From Spirochaetota bacterium (GTDB lineage: Bacteria; Spirochaetota; UBA4802; JAFGDQ01), in the NCBI GenBank assembly GCA_043803405.1, contig JAZDKB010000015.1:174780-238779 (forward strand): DNA of 64,000 nucleotides, in the 5' to 3' direction. Shown here piece by piece: positions 1 through 9,791 of the stretch. The position numbers were made by a program, and so were the translations under genes. The notes below the pieces were generated by a model that did not search any database, was not told where the DNA came from, and saw nothing but the letters and a program-made list of their open reading frames with translations. How positions within the stretch are numbered: position 1 is the stretch's first letter; every line of letters starts with the position of its first letter.

Positions 1-1145
1 TTTACGTGATCCGTTAATAGCGTATTGATATTTATCAGCAAGTCCAGAGACTCAAGAATAGAATCTGCCAAAAGTGGAAGAAATTCATTTATCTGCTGTG
101 TACCGCGGGCTGCCGCATCCGTAATTATCGCGTCGTTCGCGATCACTTTTATTCCTACCTGAACAACCGCTTCAGCCATCACAGGATTTACTTTGCCCGG
201 CATAACGGATGAGCCTGCCTGCAGTTCCGGAAGATGAATTTCGCCAAGAAAGTTCATCAGGCGCAGATCGTTTGCAATCTTTATCAGGTTAACTGCGTGA
301 GCCTTAAGGATACCGGAAACCTCAACGAATGAATCGGCATGCGCCGTTTCTGCCATCACGTTCTCCCCGCGTGATAGCCCCAGCCCGGTAACATCCCGTA
401 ATTTTTCATTAACCAGAAAAATATAATTGCGCGGAGCAGTAAGTCCGGTCCCGACTGCCGTTCCTCCAAGATTTATTACCCGCAGGCGTTCTTCGCATTT
501 AAACGTCCTCCAGCGGTCCCTGGATATGGCCTCTGCAAATGCGGAAAATTCCGCGCCAAGAGTGATCGGCACTGCTTCCTGCAATTCCGTCCTTCCGAGT
601 TTAACAATGCCTGCGAAGGCCTTTTCTTTTTCCTGGAATGCTCCCTGCAAGTGAGAAACAGCGTCTGCCAGAATACGCAAACGATAAATTGATGCTATTT
701 TGATTGCGGTTGGATAAACATCGTTCGTAGACTGATGAAGATTTACATCCTCCAGAGGATGGACAACAGCATAATCTCCTTTTTGCCCGCCAAGCAGTTC
801 AATAGCGCGGTTTGCAATAACCTCATTGATATTCATATTGGTAGAGGTCCCGGCTCCGCCCTGTAAAGCATCTACCGGGAACTGATCGGCCATCAAACCC
901 GATGCGATCTCCGTACAGGCTTCTTCTATTGCATGGGCTTTTTCAGCAGGCAGAAATCCGGTTTCCGCATTTGCCATACAGCAGGCTTTTTTAACCAAAG
1001 CAAGGGCTTTAATGAGCGATTGATTTGTGAATTTCCCGCTGATACGGAAATTGTCAATTGCGCGTTTTGTATGAATTCCCCAATATACATTACGAGGGAT
1101 TACCAGTTCGCCCAATAAATCTTTTTCTTTTCTTTGATCTGTCAT
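1..1145 (-). CDS. aspA: aspartate ammonia-lyase (fumarase/aspartase family), 3' end runs off the window
   Basis: Not in the ORF track. Manual translation from ATG at 1145 gives MTDQRKEKDLLGELVIPRNVYWGIHTKRAIDNF..., including QGGAGTSTNMN and the family signature GSSVMPGKVNP. Confidence 0.9.
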   Translation of the reverse strand, partial: MTDQRKEKDLLGELVIPRNVYWGIHTKRAIDNFRISGKFTNQSLIKALALVKKACCMANAETGFLPAEKAHAIEEACTEIASGLMADQFPVDALQGGAGTSTNMNINEVIANRAIELLGGQKGDYAVVHPLEDVNLHQSTNDVYPTAIKIASIYRLRILADAVSHLQGAFQEKEKAFAGIVKLGRTELQEAVPITLGAEFSAFAEAISRDRWRTFKCEERLRVINLGGTAVGTGLTAPRNYIFLVNEKLRDVTGLGLSRGENVMAETAHADSFVEVSGILKAHAVNLIKIANDLRLMNFLGEIHLPELQAGSSVMPGKVNPVMAEAVVQVGIKVIANDAIITDAAARGTQQINEFLPLLADSILESLDLLININTLLTDHV

Positions 1146-1315
1146 TGCAATTATTTACTCATTTTAACTCACTTCTTTATTAAAAAATAAGCCGCTTATT
1201 GACCCGGCATGAATCCAAAAACAAATATATATTGAATTCATCTCCGGATCAATAAACACTGATTTTATCGATACTGTAAAAATAAAAGTCAACTAACTTG
1301 AGTAATTAAATTAAT

Positions 1316-1352
1316 AAAAAAAAGAGGTTTGCCGGTTAAGGTCAAACCTCTT
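1316..1352 (-). terminator. intrinsic terminator after hydA
   Basis: Stem AAGAGGTTTG / CAAACCTCTT with an adjacent A-run (U-tract on the minus strand), about 20 bp after the hydA stop. Confidence 0.75.
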
Positions 1353-1372
1353 CTTTCCTGTGATCCTATACC

Positions 1373-3151
1373 TTATCCCAACAATCCATTCTCGTCCAGT
1401 TTTTTATGAGGCATATCTGTGCCTCTTTTTTTGTACTTAGTGTGAAGCAGTTTATGTGATTTATGTCCCAAAGGTTCTTTCAGGAATTTCTCATAGAGCT
1501 TCTTGACCGACTCATTTTCATGAGACTGACGATGTTTCTGAACTTTACCATCGTCCGCATATAGAGCTAACGAACGTTTTTTGCGTATCTCGTTGTTTGT
1601 CGGAATCGGTTCGCCGCCGCCGGAAATACATCCGCCCGGGCAGCACATTACTTCAATAAATGCGTAACTTGCTTTGCCTGCGCGGATAAGATCCATCAGT
1701 TTACGCGCGTTCCCGAGACCGTGAGCTACAGCAAACTTGACATCACCGAGAGGGCCAACTTTAACAGTGGCTTCTTTAATGCCTTCAAGGCCGCGAACAG
1801 GTGTTATATCCAGACTAGGCAGATTCTCTCCTGTTACAACTGCGTATACAGTACGCAAAGCTGCTTCCATAACACCGCCTGTTGCTCCGAATATCGTTGC
1901 TGCTCCTGTATATTCTCCCATCGGCGCATCATAGTCCTCATCTTTCAGATTCAGGAAATCAATGCCGCCTTCTTTTATCATGCGGCCTAATTCTCTTGTG
2001 GTTAAAACAAAATCCACATCGCGGAATCCGCTGCTGTCCATTTCTTCACGATTGCATTCTGTTTTCTTGGCTGTGCAAGGCATAATGGAAACGGAAACTA
2101 TATTTTTCGGATCAATTCCTGCTGTTTCAGCATAATATGTCTTTGCAAGAGCGCCGAACATCTGCTGAGGCGATTTGCAGGTAGACAGATGATCAAGCAG
2201 ATCCGGATAAAAATGTTCGCAGAATTTAATCCAGCCCGGGCTGCACGAAGTGATCATCGGCAGCTTGCCGCCTTCTTTAACTCTCTTCAGCAATTCATTG
2301 CCTTCTTCTATGATTGTAAGATCTGCGGTAAAGTTGGTATCGAATACCTTATCAAACCCGAGACGACGCAAAGCTGCAATCATTTTGCCTGTTACAAGAC
2401 TGCCCGGCTCCATACCGAATTCTTCGCCAAGTGCTGCGCGAATAGCCGGCGCTTCCTGAACAATTACATGTTTTGTCGGATCATTTAAAGCTTTCCAAAC
2501 TTCATTAACATCATCTTTTTCGTAAAGCGCCCCAACCGGGCAAACAAGGATACACTGTCCGCAGCCAACGCAATTTGATTCTACCAGCGGCAGATTAAAC
2601 GCCGGTGATACCTTTACATCGCTTCCGCGATACGCCGGAGTTAAAACGCTGACAGTCTGAATTTTATCGCATACCTCCACGCAACGGTGACATTGAATAC
2701 ATTTTCTGCTGTCTCTTACAATCGAAGGGCTTGAATAGTCAATTACTCCTTCTTTCGGGAACTGAGTATAATCAAAACGGACTTCTCTCAACCCGACAAA
2801 TTCAGCAACTTTCTGCAAATCGCAATTCCCGTTTCTTACACAAAAGTTGCATTCCTGTGGATGATTTGCCAGAAGCAGCTCTACTACCATTTTTCTCGCT
2901 TTTCTGACTTTCTCAGTATTTGTATGTATAACCATCCCTTCTGTAACAGGAAAAACGCATGATGCAACCAGGCTGCGCTGTCCGTCAACTTCGCTCATGC
3001 AAACGCGGCAAGCTCCCGGTTTATGGTTGAGTTCCTGCCAGGCACAAAGCGTAGGGATTTTAACCCCCGCCTTGTTTGCAGCTTCTAAAACAGTAGAACC
3101 TGTCTCAACCGCAACTTTTATATTATCAATGGTTACATTAACATTCGACAT
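1373..3151 (-). CDS. hydA: [FeFe]-hydrogenase catalytic subunit (group A3-type, HydA/HndD)
   Basis: N-terminal 2Fe-2S, HxxxCxxCxxxxxC and 2x4Fe-4S motifs; H-cluster motifs TSCSPGW, MPCTAKKTE and EVMCCPGGCISGGGEP. Start moved to ATG 3151, which has an AGGAG RBS. Confidence 0.95.
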   Translation of the reverse strand: MSNVNVTIDNIKVAVETGSTVLEAANKAGVKIPTLCAWQELNHKPGACRVCMSEVDGQRSLVASCVFPVTEGMVIHTNTEKVRKARKMVVELLLANHPQECNFCVRNGNCDLQKVAEFVGLREVRFDYTQFPKEGVIDYSSPSIVRDSRKCIQCHRCVEVCDKIQTVSVLTPAYRGSDVKVSPAFNLPLVESNCVGCGQCILVCPVGALYEKDDVNEVWKALNDPTKHVIVQEAPAIRAALGEEFGMEPGSLVTGKMIAALRRLGFDKVFDTNFTADLTIIEEGNELLKRVKEGGKLPMITSCSPGWIKFCEHFYPDLLDHLSTCKSPQQMFGALAKTYYAETAGIDPKNIVSVSIMPCTAKKTECNREEMDSSGFRDVDFVLTTRELGRMIKEGGIDFLNLKDEDYDAPMGEYTGAATIFGATGGVMEAALRTVYAVVTGENLPSLDITPVRGLEGIKEATVKVGPLGDVKFAVAHGLGNARKLMDLIRAGKASYAFIEVMCCPGGCISGGGEPIPTNNEIRKKRSLALYADDGKVQKHRQSHENESVKKLYEKFLKEPLGHKSHKLLHTKYKKRGTDMPHKKLDENGLLG

Positions 3152-3170
3152 AAAATAAATCTCCTTATAT

Positions 3171-3201
3171 TTACCCCGCAGCACAAAACCCTGCGGGGTA
3201 A
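3171..3201. other. intergenic stem-loop between hydB and hydA
   Basis: Perfect 11-bp stem TTACCCCGCAG / CTGCGGGGTAA with no clear U-tract. Confidence 0.6.
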
Positions 3202-3214
3202 TTCTTTGCATTAT

Positions 3215-6200
3215 TTATACTGCAGCATCGCAACGCAGACATCTGCTCGCTTCTTTAATTGCATCCTCTTTTGTAAATCCAAGCTCTACTTCTGCGAAAC
3301 TTAGTTTACGTGAAGCTGCTTCCAGTTCCGGCATAGCCATTTGCGGAGTTTCCACAGTTTCTTCATCTATAATTAGAGGAATTTCAATTCTTTCCAATGC
3401 AGGTTTTTCGAAAGCCGGTTCGCCGTTTGCAATGCGTATAGCTGAATCTATATCATCAGCAGCCTGATGCCCTGCCTGTATTGCCCCGATAACCGTATCC
3501 GGTCCGGTTTGTGCGTCACCGCCGGCAAAATAGCGCATATTGCTTGTGCGTGATTTATAACCGTTACCGACTTCGAAGTAATCCCACTTATTCACTACAT
3601 TGGCTATCTTCTTATCAAGGAAGCTCATATCCGCTACCTGTCCTACAGATGCTATAACTGCATCTACATTAAGCGTAAATTCCGAACCTTTAATGGCAAC
3701 GGGTTTTTTACGTCCGCTGTTATCGAATTCGCCTAGTTTCATACGCTCGCAGGTAATTGAGCTAACCTTGCCATCCTTCCCTTCTATTTTTAAAGGAGCT
3801 ACCAGATACTCTATCTTGATTCCTTCATGTTCGGCTGCTATGATTTCTTCCTCGGCTGCAGGCATATCCTGGCGCAGACGACGATAAATAATCGTTACTT
3901 CCGCTCCGAGACGAACTGCAACGCGGGCTGCGTCAATTGCAGAATTTCCACCGCCGACTACAGCAACTTTCTTTCCGAGAGTCTTTTCGCCCTTCATCCA
4001 TTTCTGCTCATCAGCATTGAATAAGCGCAGGAATTCCACACCGCCGTAAACATTTTTCAGGTCTTCGCCCGGTATTCCGAGTTTCTGGCTCTTATGAGCA
4101 CCTACTGCCAGGTAAACATAATCAAATTCCTTATCAATCTTCTCAAATGATATGTCGCGTCCGATGCGTGTATTTAGTTTTAATTCAACGCCAAGAGAGA
4201 TGACATCATCAATTTCTTTTTGCAGAATATTTCTCGGCAGCCTGTAAGAAGGTATGCCCCAGCGCATCATTCCGCCTGCATTGGGAAGTTCTTCAAAAAC
4301 AACAACCTGGTAACCGCGCTGAGCAAGGTCACGTGCAGCTGTAAGACCTGCCGGGCCTCCGCCAACAACAGCTATCTTTTCTTTCCTTGTAACAAGAATC
4401 TTTGCCGTTACCGGACGGTCAGCGTTATCCGAAATAAAGCGTTTTAAGAATTTAATTGCCAACGGCTCGTCAAGGTTACCGCGACGGCATTTGGACTGGC
4501 ATTTGTGATCGCATACTCTTCCGCAAACTGACGGAAAAGGATTGGATTGCAGCATAACTTTATATGCATCGCTGAATCTATCTTCTCTGATCAAAGCAAT
4601 ATACGATGGTATATCCATTTCAACAGGGCATGTATGCTGACATGGCGATTTAAACAACGCAGTACATACTGCTGCGCGGCAGGTATGTTCTCTGATGTGC
4701 TCTTCATATTCATCACGGAAATAGCGTATTGTACTTAAAACAGGATTCGGAGCTGTTTGGCCAAGACCGCAAAGAGCTGCATTTTTAATAACCTCAGCCA
4801 TTTCTTCCAGAAGTTCTATGTCTCCTTCTTTGCCCTTACCCTGGGTAATGTTCGTCAATATTTCAAGCATCCGCTTTGTGCCTTCACGGCATGGAGTACA
4901 TTTACCGCAGGATTCATCCTGGCAGAAATCCATAAAGAAACGCGCCATGTCTACAGCGCATTTATCTTCATTCATAACGATTAATCCGCCGGAACCCATA
5001 ATCGCTCCGAGTTCAACGACCTTTTCATAGTCAACAGGTGCATTCAAATGCTGAATCGGGATGCATCCGCCGGAAGGTCCGCCAAGCTGAGCAGCTTTGA
5101 ATTTCTTTCCTTTCGGTATACCGCCGCCGATATCGTATACAATTGTACCAAGGGTAGTTCCCATCGGTACTTCAACAAGACCTACGTTGGCAACGTCGCC
5201 GGTTAGCGCAAATACCTTTGTGCCTTTGCTCTTTTCTGTTCCGACTGATGCGTACCATTTTCCGCCGCGAACAATGATTTGTCCGATATTGGCTAATGTT
5301 TCAACATTATTCAAAATACTCGGTTTTTGCCACAGACCTGCAACAGCCGGGAATGGAGGCCTTGGTCTCGGCATACCGCGTTTTCCTTCAATTGAGGTCA
5401 TCAGGGCTGTTTCTTCACCGCAAACAAAAGCGCCTGCACCCTGATAAATCTCTAAATGAAAATCAAAACCGGTTCCTAAAATATTTTCTCCAAGCAATCC
5501 TGCTTCTTTTGCCTGGTCTATAGCAATGGTTAAACGGTGAATAGCTAAAGGATACTCAGCGCGGCAGTAAATATATCCCTGATGAGAGCCGATTGCTTTA
5601 GCTGCTATAACCATACCTTCAAGTACAGCATGTGGATCTGCTTCCAGAACGCTTCTGTCCATAAAAGCGCCCGGGTCACCTTCGTCTGCATTGCAAAGTA
5701 CATATTTAATGTCGTTTTTAGACTGCGCTGCAAATTTCCATTTCATTCCTGTCGGGAATCCTGCGCCGCCGCGTCCTCTTAGTCCGGACTCAAGAACCTC
5801 ATTAACGATTTGTTCCGGGGTCATTTCAGTAAGTGCTTTGGCCATGCCGGAATATCCGTCTCTGGCAATATACTCTTCTATCTTTTCAGGATCAATTAAT
5901 CCGCGATTTCTTAAAACTCTCAATTCCTGTAATGCGAAGAATGGAATATCCTGCATTGAAGGAATAACTTTGTCTGTAACAGGTTCTCTGTATAACAGGC
6001 GCTCTAAAATTCTTCCCTTTACCAAATGTTCTTCAACAAGTTCGGGAATATCTTCCGGTTTTATTGTTATATAAATAATACCTTCCGGATAAACAACCAT
6101 AATCGGCCCTAAAGCGCAAAAGCCGTTACAGCCGGTTTCAACAACCTTAATTTCCTCGGCTAAATTTCTTTTGCCTATTTCTTCTATTAAAGCTTTTTTA

Positions 6201-6271
6201 ACTCCAAGACTGCCCGAAGATTGACAGCCTGTACCTCCGCATATTAGTAAATGTGATCGAAAAACCTTCAT
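3215..6271 (-). CDS. hydB: hydrogenase diaphorase subunit (NuoF/HydB-like) fused to a GltD/NfnL-like FAD/NAD(P)-binding module
   Basis: N-terminal thioredoxin-like 2Fe-2S domain; GRGGAGFP, NADEGDPGAFMD, GAFVCGEETAL, GGPSGGC and ESCGKCTPCREG; then PCQHTCP...CGRVC, GGGPAGL, GGGNSAIDAAR..YRR, FAGGD and C-terminal RCLRC. Confidence 0.92.
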   Translation of the reverse strand: MKVFRSHLLICGGTGCQSSGSLGVKKALIEEIGKRNLAEEIKVVETGCNGFCALGPIMVVYPEGIIYITIKPEDIPELVEEHLVKGRILERLLYREPVTDKVIPSMQDIPFFALQELRVLRNRGLIDPEKIEEYIARDGYSGMAKALTEMTPEQIVNEVLESGLRGRGGAGFPTGMKWKFAAQSKNDIKYVLCNADEGDPGAFMDRSVLEADPHAVLEGMVIAAKAIGSHQGYIYCRAEYPLAIHRLTIAIDQAKEAGLLGENILGTGFDFHLEIYQGAGAFVCGEETALMTSIEGKRGMPRPRPPFPAVAGLWQKPSILNNVETLANIGQIIVRGGKWYASVGTEKSKGTKVFALTGDVANVGLVEVPMGTTLGTIVYDIGGGIPKGKKFKAAQLGGPSGGCIPIQHLNAPVDYEKVVELGAIMGSGGLIVMNEDKCAVDMARFFMDFCQDESCGKCTPCREGTKRMLEILTNITQGKGKEGDIELLEEMAEVIKNAALCGLGQTAPNPVLSTIRYFRDEYEEHIREHTCRAAVCTALFKSPCQHTCPVEMDIPSYIALIREDRFSDAYKVMLQSNPFPSVCGRVCDHKCQSKCRRGNLDEPLAIKFLKRFISDNADRPVTAKILVTRKEKIAVVGGGPAGLTAARDLAQRGYQVVVFEELPNAGGMMRWGIPSYRLPRNILQKEIDDVISLGVELKLNTRIGRDISFEKIDKEFDYVYLAVGAHKSQKLGIPGEDLKNVYGGVEFLRLFNADEQKWMKGEKTLGKKVAVVGGGNSAIDAARVAVRLGAEVTIIYRRLRQDMPAAEEEIIAAEHEGIKIEYLVAPLKIEGKDGKVSSITCERMKLGEFDNSGRKKPVAIKGSEFTLNVDAVIASVGQVADMSFLDKKIANVVNKWDYFEVGNGYKSRTSNMRYFAGGDAQTGPDTVIGAIQAGHQAADDIDSAIRIANGEPAFEKPALERIEIPLIIDEETVETPQMAMPELEAASRKLSFAEVELGFTKEDAIKEASRCLRCDAAV

Positions 6272-6336
6272 ATTATCAACATCCTCCTTAAGAAATAATC
6301 ATGCATCAAAATTATCCGTCATGATGGATGAAAAAT

Positions 6337-6720
6337 TTATTTATTAATTTCTGAGCCTTTCGCTAAAACAAAAGGCGTTTGAATCTGTCCCTCTAAAATG
6401 TGCTTTTTAAAAACCTGTCTCATTTTATTGGGATTCATATATTCATACTTGATCGGTTCCTGGTTAAGAATTTCTACAGTAACTAATGGTTCGCGGCTGC
6501 ACAGACCCATACATCCGGATGTTGTTACGAAAACATCGTTTACAGCTGCGGCCTGTATTTCGTCTAATAAAGCATCCATAACTTCCTTTGCTCCTGAAGC
6601 TATACCACATGTTCCCATATGAACAGTTACCTTAGCTCTGCGCTCACCATCGCGCAAAGCCATTTCTTTGTGTACTTTCTCTTTTATTTTCTTTAAATCT
6701 GCGATATTCAGTTTTGCCAT
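6337..6720 (-). CDS. thioredoxin-like [2Fe-2S] ferredoxin subunit of hydrogenase (HndB/HydD-like)
   Basis: VHMGTCGIASGA...SGCMGLCSREP; lies within the operon; GAGGT RBS. Confidence 0.88.
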   Translation of the reverse strand: MAKLNIADLKKIKEKVHKEMALRDGERRAKVTVHMGTCGIASGAKEVMDALLDEIQAAAVNDVFVTTSGCMGLCSREPLVTVEILNQEPIKYEYMNPNKMRQVFKKHILEGQIQTPFVLAKGSEINK

Positions 6721-6761
6721 TAGCAATACCTCCTGTTTTTTTCCTTATATTAAATTTGGCA

Positions 6762-7256
6762 TTACGTATATTGACTTAAAACTTCTTTAACTTTAGCTGG
6801 TTTAACCCGTCCATGAACAATATCATTCACAACAATAACAGGGCCAAGTCCGCATGCACCCAGACAGCGAACAGTTTCATAGGTAAACATACGGTCAGGT
6901 GTAGTTTCACCTTCTTTTATATTCAGCTGTTTTTGTAATGTATCATGCAATGCTTTACCGCCACGCACATAACATGCTGTCCCAAGGCAAACACGAACTG
7001 TATACTTTCCTCTCGGTGTCATTGTGAAAAATGAATAAAAGGTTACAACTCCATAAACACGACTTAACGGTAAATTCAAACCTTCGGCAATCCTTTTTTG
7101 GACAGGAAGCGGCAAAAATTCCAATGTGACCTGTGCTTCTTCAAGAACCGGAATTAATCCGCCTGGTTTGTCTTTAAATTTTTTAATTATTTGATCTAGT
7201 TTTGCAACTTGTTCCGGCGTAAACTCTTTTAATAGCTCGGCATCTTCAGCTTTCAT
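6762..7256 (-). CDS. hydC: NuoE-like [2Fe-2S] hydrogenase subunit (HydC/HndA)
   Basis: VYGVVTFYSFF, VCLGTACYVRG and CLGACGLGP motifs. Confidence 0.92.
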   Translation of the reverse strand: MKAEDAELLKEFTPEQVAKLDQIIKKFKDKPGGLIPVLEEAQVTLEFLPLPVQKRIAEGLNLPLSRVYGVVTFYSFFTMTPRGKYTVRVCLGTACYVRGGKALHDTLQKQLNIKEGETTPDRMFTYETVRCLGACGLGPVIVVNDIVHGRVKPAKVKEVLSQYT

Positions 7257-7283
7257 TTAAATCTTCCTCCATTTTGGGGCTTT

Positions 7284-7832
7284 TTAAACAATAGACTCTA
7301 GTGAATTGAGCCCTTCCTTAATAACGCCCTTAATATACTTTAATATTTCAGGATGACTTATCGGTACATCCTCAATTTCTTGACGAATCAGGCGTGTATC
7401 AAGTATAAACCGCCTGCCATCACACCAATGTTTATATATAAAATCAACTTCTGAATTTCCAACAATCAGAGTGATTAAAACACTGCTAATATTACCCATC
7501 GGCTGTCTGTCGACATGCCGAAGCCGGAAAGTAATTGTAAGTTTAGTGCCCTTACCTTCCACCGACTTCAGTTCCATTTTTCCGCCGGTTGTTTCTGCAG
7601 CACTCGCAATAAGCGGCAAACCAAGACCGACGCGCCGAACCGTTTTTGTAGTATAAAACGGATCCATAACTCTTTTTAAATCTTCTTTCTTAATACCGCA
7701 GCCGTCGTCAGCTATTTCGATCGTAAGCAAATCCTGCGCGGAATCCTCTCTCACTGAGATCTCAATCAGCTTTGCGCCTGCCCTTACGGAATTCTCAGCT
7801 ATGTCGAGAATATGTTCAGCAAGCTCAAGCAT
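7284..7832 (-). CDS. histidine-kinase-like ATPase (HATPase_c), hydrogenase-operon associated
   Basis: HILDIAENS, DDGCG, DPFYTTK and GLGLP motifs; a family commonly found in hyd operons. Confidence 0.85.
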   Translation of the reverse strand: MLELAEHILDIAENSVRAGAKLIEISVREDSAQDLLTIEIADDGCGIKKEDLKRVMDPFYTTKTVRRVGLGLPLIASAAETTGGKMELKSVEGKGTKLTITFRLRHVDRQPMGNISSVLITLIVGNSEVDFIYKHWCDGRRFILDTRLIRQEIEDVPISHPEILKYIKGVIKEGLNSLESIV

Positions 7833-8573
7833 TTATTGCTCCAGCACGCAGCGGCCGTTTTCATTGCTAAACGCCATTTTTAACTCAGAAAATGACGGTT
7901 TTTCAAAATTACACTTTATAATGGACGTTCCAATATCTTTCAAATAATGGGCATCTGAGGATGTAATAAAGGAATATTTATTTAATTCTTTATATTTTTT
8001 CCTTGCCTCTTTGATCCCCATAGCCGCCGATATTTCCAGAGCATCAAAATGCATATCCTCACTTATAAATCCCAGCTGACTTAAAACGCTAAAATTTTCA
8101 TGATCGATGTGCGAAGCGATTGCCAGCCCATTATGCTGATGGATATGTGATATAACCGTATCTAGCGACAGATCGGTCGCTCCGATCAATAATCTATCGC
8201 TTAAACCTTCAACTTCCGCATTTTCATTCACAATTGCCTGAACGCCAAACCGTTTTTCATTATTTTCACCCGGTAAATGGGCGTATATGATTTCCTGTAA
8301 TTTCAACAAATCAGGTAAATTATCAAAAATCGCCAGGACATGCACTTCTTCACTTGTTGTAACTTCCATGCCGGGTAAAATCTTTATATTTTTGTTAAGA
8401 GCGGCTTTAATTACATACTGAACATTTTCAGATGAATTGTGATCACATATAGCAATTAAATCCAATTTAGCATCCAGTGCACGCTCAACTAAAGCGCTTG
8501 GATGCATATCCAGGTCTGCACAGGGCGACAGGCAAGTATGAATATGTAAATCGCAATTAAAAACTTTTAACAT
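7833..8573 (-). CDS. PHP-domain phosphoesterase
   Basis: DLHIHT, ICDHN, GMEV, SHID and SSDAH metal-binding motifs. Confidence 0.88.
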   Translation of the reverse strand: MLKVFNCDLHIHTCLSPCADLDMHPSALVERALDAKLDLIAICDHNSSENVQYVIKAALNKNIKILPGMEVTTSEEVHVLAIFDNLPDLLKLQEIIYAHLPGENNEKRFGVQAIVNENAEVEGLSDRLLIGATDLSLDTVISHIHQHNGLAIASHIDHENFSVLSQLGFISEDMHFDALEISAAMGIKEARKKYKELNKYSFITSSDAHYLKDIGTSIIKCNFEKPSFSELKMAFSNENGRCVLEQ

Positions 8574-8593
8574 CTTCCTATTAGCAGATCAGG

Positions 8594-8941
8594 CTACCGA
8601 ATATTATTTAATTCCATTAACTTATATATTTCACCGGTCAGTTTAAAGGCGCTCATATCCGAAACCAGAACAGGTATTTTTTCCTCATTCGCCTTTTCCA
8701 ATGTATCCTCATTAGGTTCGCATGAATTAACTAAGATAATACCCGAATGCTCCTTTAAGCTTGCTACCGCAACTATATTCTGGTGCACCTGTCTTGTTAT
8801 CCATACATCTCCTTCGTGGGAATTTGCCATTACATCGCTTAAGAGATCTCCTGTATAACCTCCTTTAACGTTATTGGTAAGACTGTCATTTGCACATCTT
8901 ACTTTCAAATTCAAAGCTTTAACAATCGTATCTATATTCAA
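8594..8941 (-). CDS. DRTGG-domain protein
   Basis: GGYTGDLLSDVMA..VWIT...NIVAVA pattern; TTG start. Confidence 0.8.
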   Translation of the reverse strand: MNIDTIVKALNLKVRCANDSLTNNVKGGYTGDLLSDVMANSHEGDVWITRQVHQNIVAVASLKEHSGIILVNSCEPNEDTLEKANEEKIPVLVSDMSAFKLTGEIYKLMELNNIR

Positions 8942-9029
8942 TTTTTTACCTTGTAAAAGATGATTGAATTAGTCTTAAAAAAACGGCATTATATTTGCTG
9001 CGTATTAAATAAAAAGTATTGCTGTATAT

Positions 9030-9482
9030 TTATAAAATACTGATTGTCGCTTTAATAATTGTTCCTTTGCCCACTTCCGAAGATATATTCAGGTTATCGG
9101 AATATTTTTTCATATTAGGCAACCCCATACCGGCCCCGAATCCCATCTCTCTTATATGATGATCTGCCGTTGAATATCCCTCCTGCATTGCAAGCTCAAT
9201 ATCCGCGATACCCGGCCCCTCATCGACCGCTTCTATTTCTATGGTGTTCGGACTTACTTTGACAGAAATTACGCCTTTTATCGCGTGACAAACAATATTA
9301 ACTTCCGATTCATACGAAACAATTGCTGCTCTTTTTATCAAATCACCGGAAATCCCTATTTTCTTTAAACCTGATTTTATGCTGGTAGAAGCTATTCCGG
9401 CTTTACTAAAGTTATCACCTTCTATTTCAAAACAACCCTGATATAAATAATCTTTTGTTTCAGTCACTGTTTCAGTTAACAT
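9030..9482 (-). CDS. anti-sigma factor / Ser-Thr kinase (RsbT-like)
   Basis: YESEVN, DEGPGIADIELAMQEGYST and GAGMGLPNMK motifs. Confidence 0.88.
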   Translation of the reverse strand: MLTETVTETKDYLYQGCFEIEGDNFSKAGIASTSIKSGLKKIGISGDLIKRAAIVSYESEVNIVCHAIKGVISVKVSPNTIEIEAVDEGPGIADIELAMQEGYSTADHHIREMGFGAGMGLPNMKKYSDNLNISSEVGKGTIIKATISIL

Positions 9483-9791
9483 TATCCGAATAACCGGTTA
9501 CGTCTTCTTAATGTAGAAAGCAGCGGTTGTTGCAGGCAAAACGTGCCGGGTAAAAATTATCCAAACCGGGTAATATTTCTACATTTAAAAATATTCAGTG
9601 TCAAGAATAAGTTCCTTGAAATTTTTAACAACTAATTTTTGTCAAATCATCAGGATTTTTAGTAAATAAACACAGTAATACGAATAATTAATTACTTTAT
9701 ATTTTAAATCTACAAAAATTAAAAAAACAGTCAATTACCAATAATTGTGATTTAAGAATAATAAATTTTGGGGATTAAATAACCTGAAGCA

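Noticed and set aside
3152..3211. Extended hydA N-terminus from the ORF track
   Set aside because: It overlaps the intergenic hairpin; ATG 3151 has a good RBS and matches the family start.
427..6622. Numerous plus-strand ORFs over aspA and the hydrogenase genes
   Set aside because: Antisense shadows of well-supported minus-strand genes.
9613..9632. Possible Rex operator upstream of the hydrogenase block (minus strand TTGTTAAAAATTTCAAGG)
   Set aside because: Only one half-site matches well, and the region is very AT-rich.
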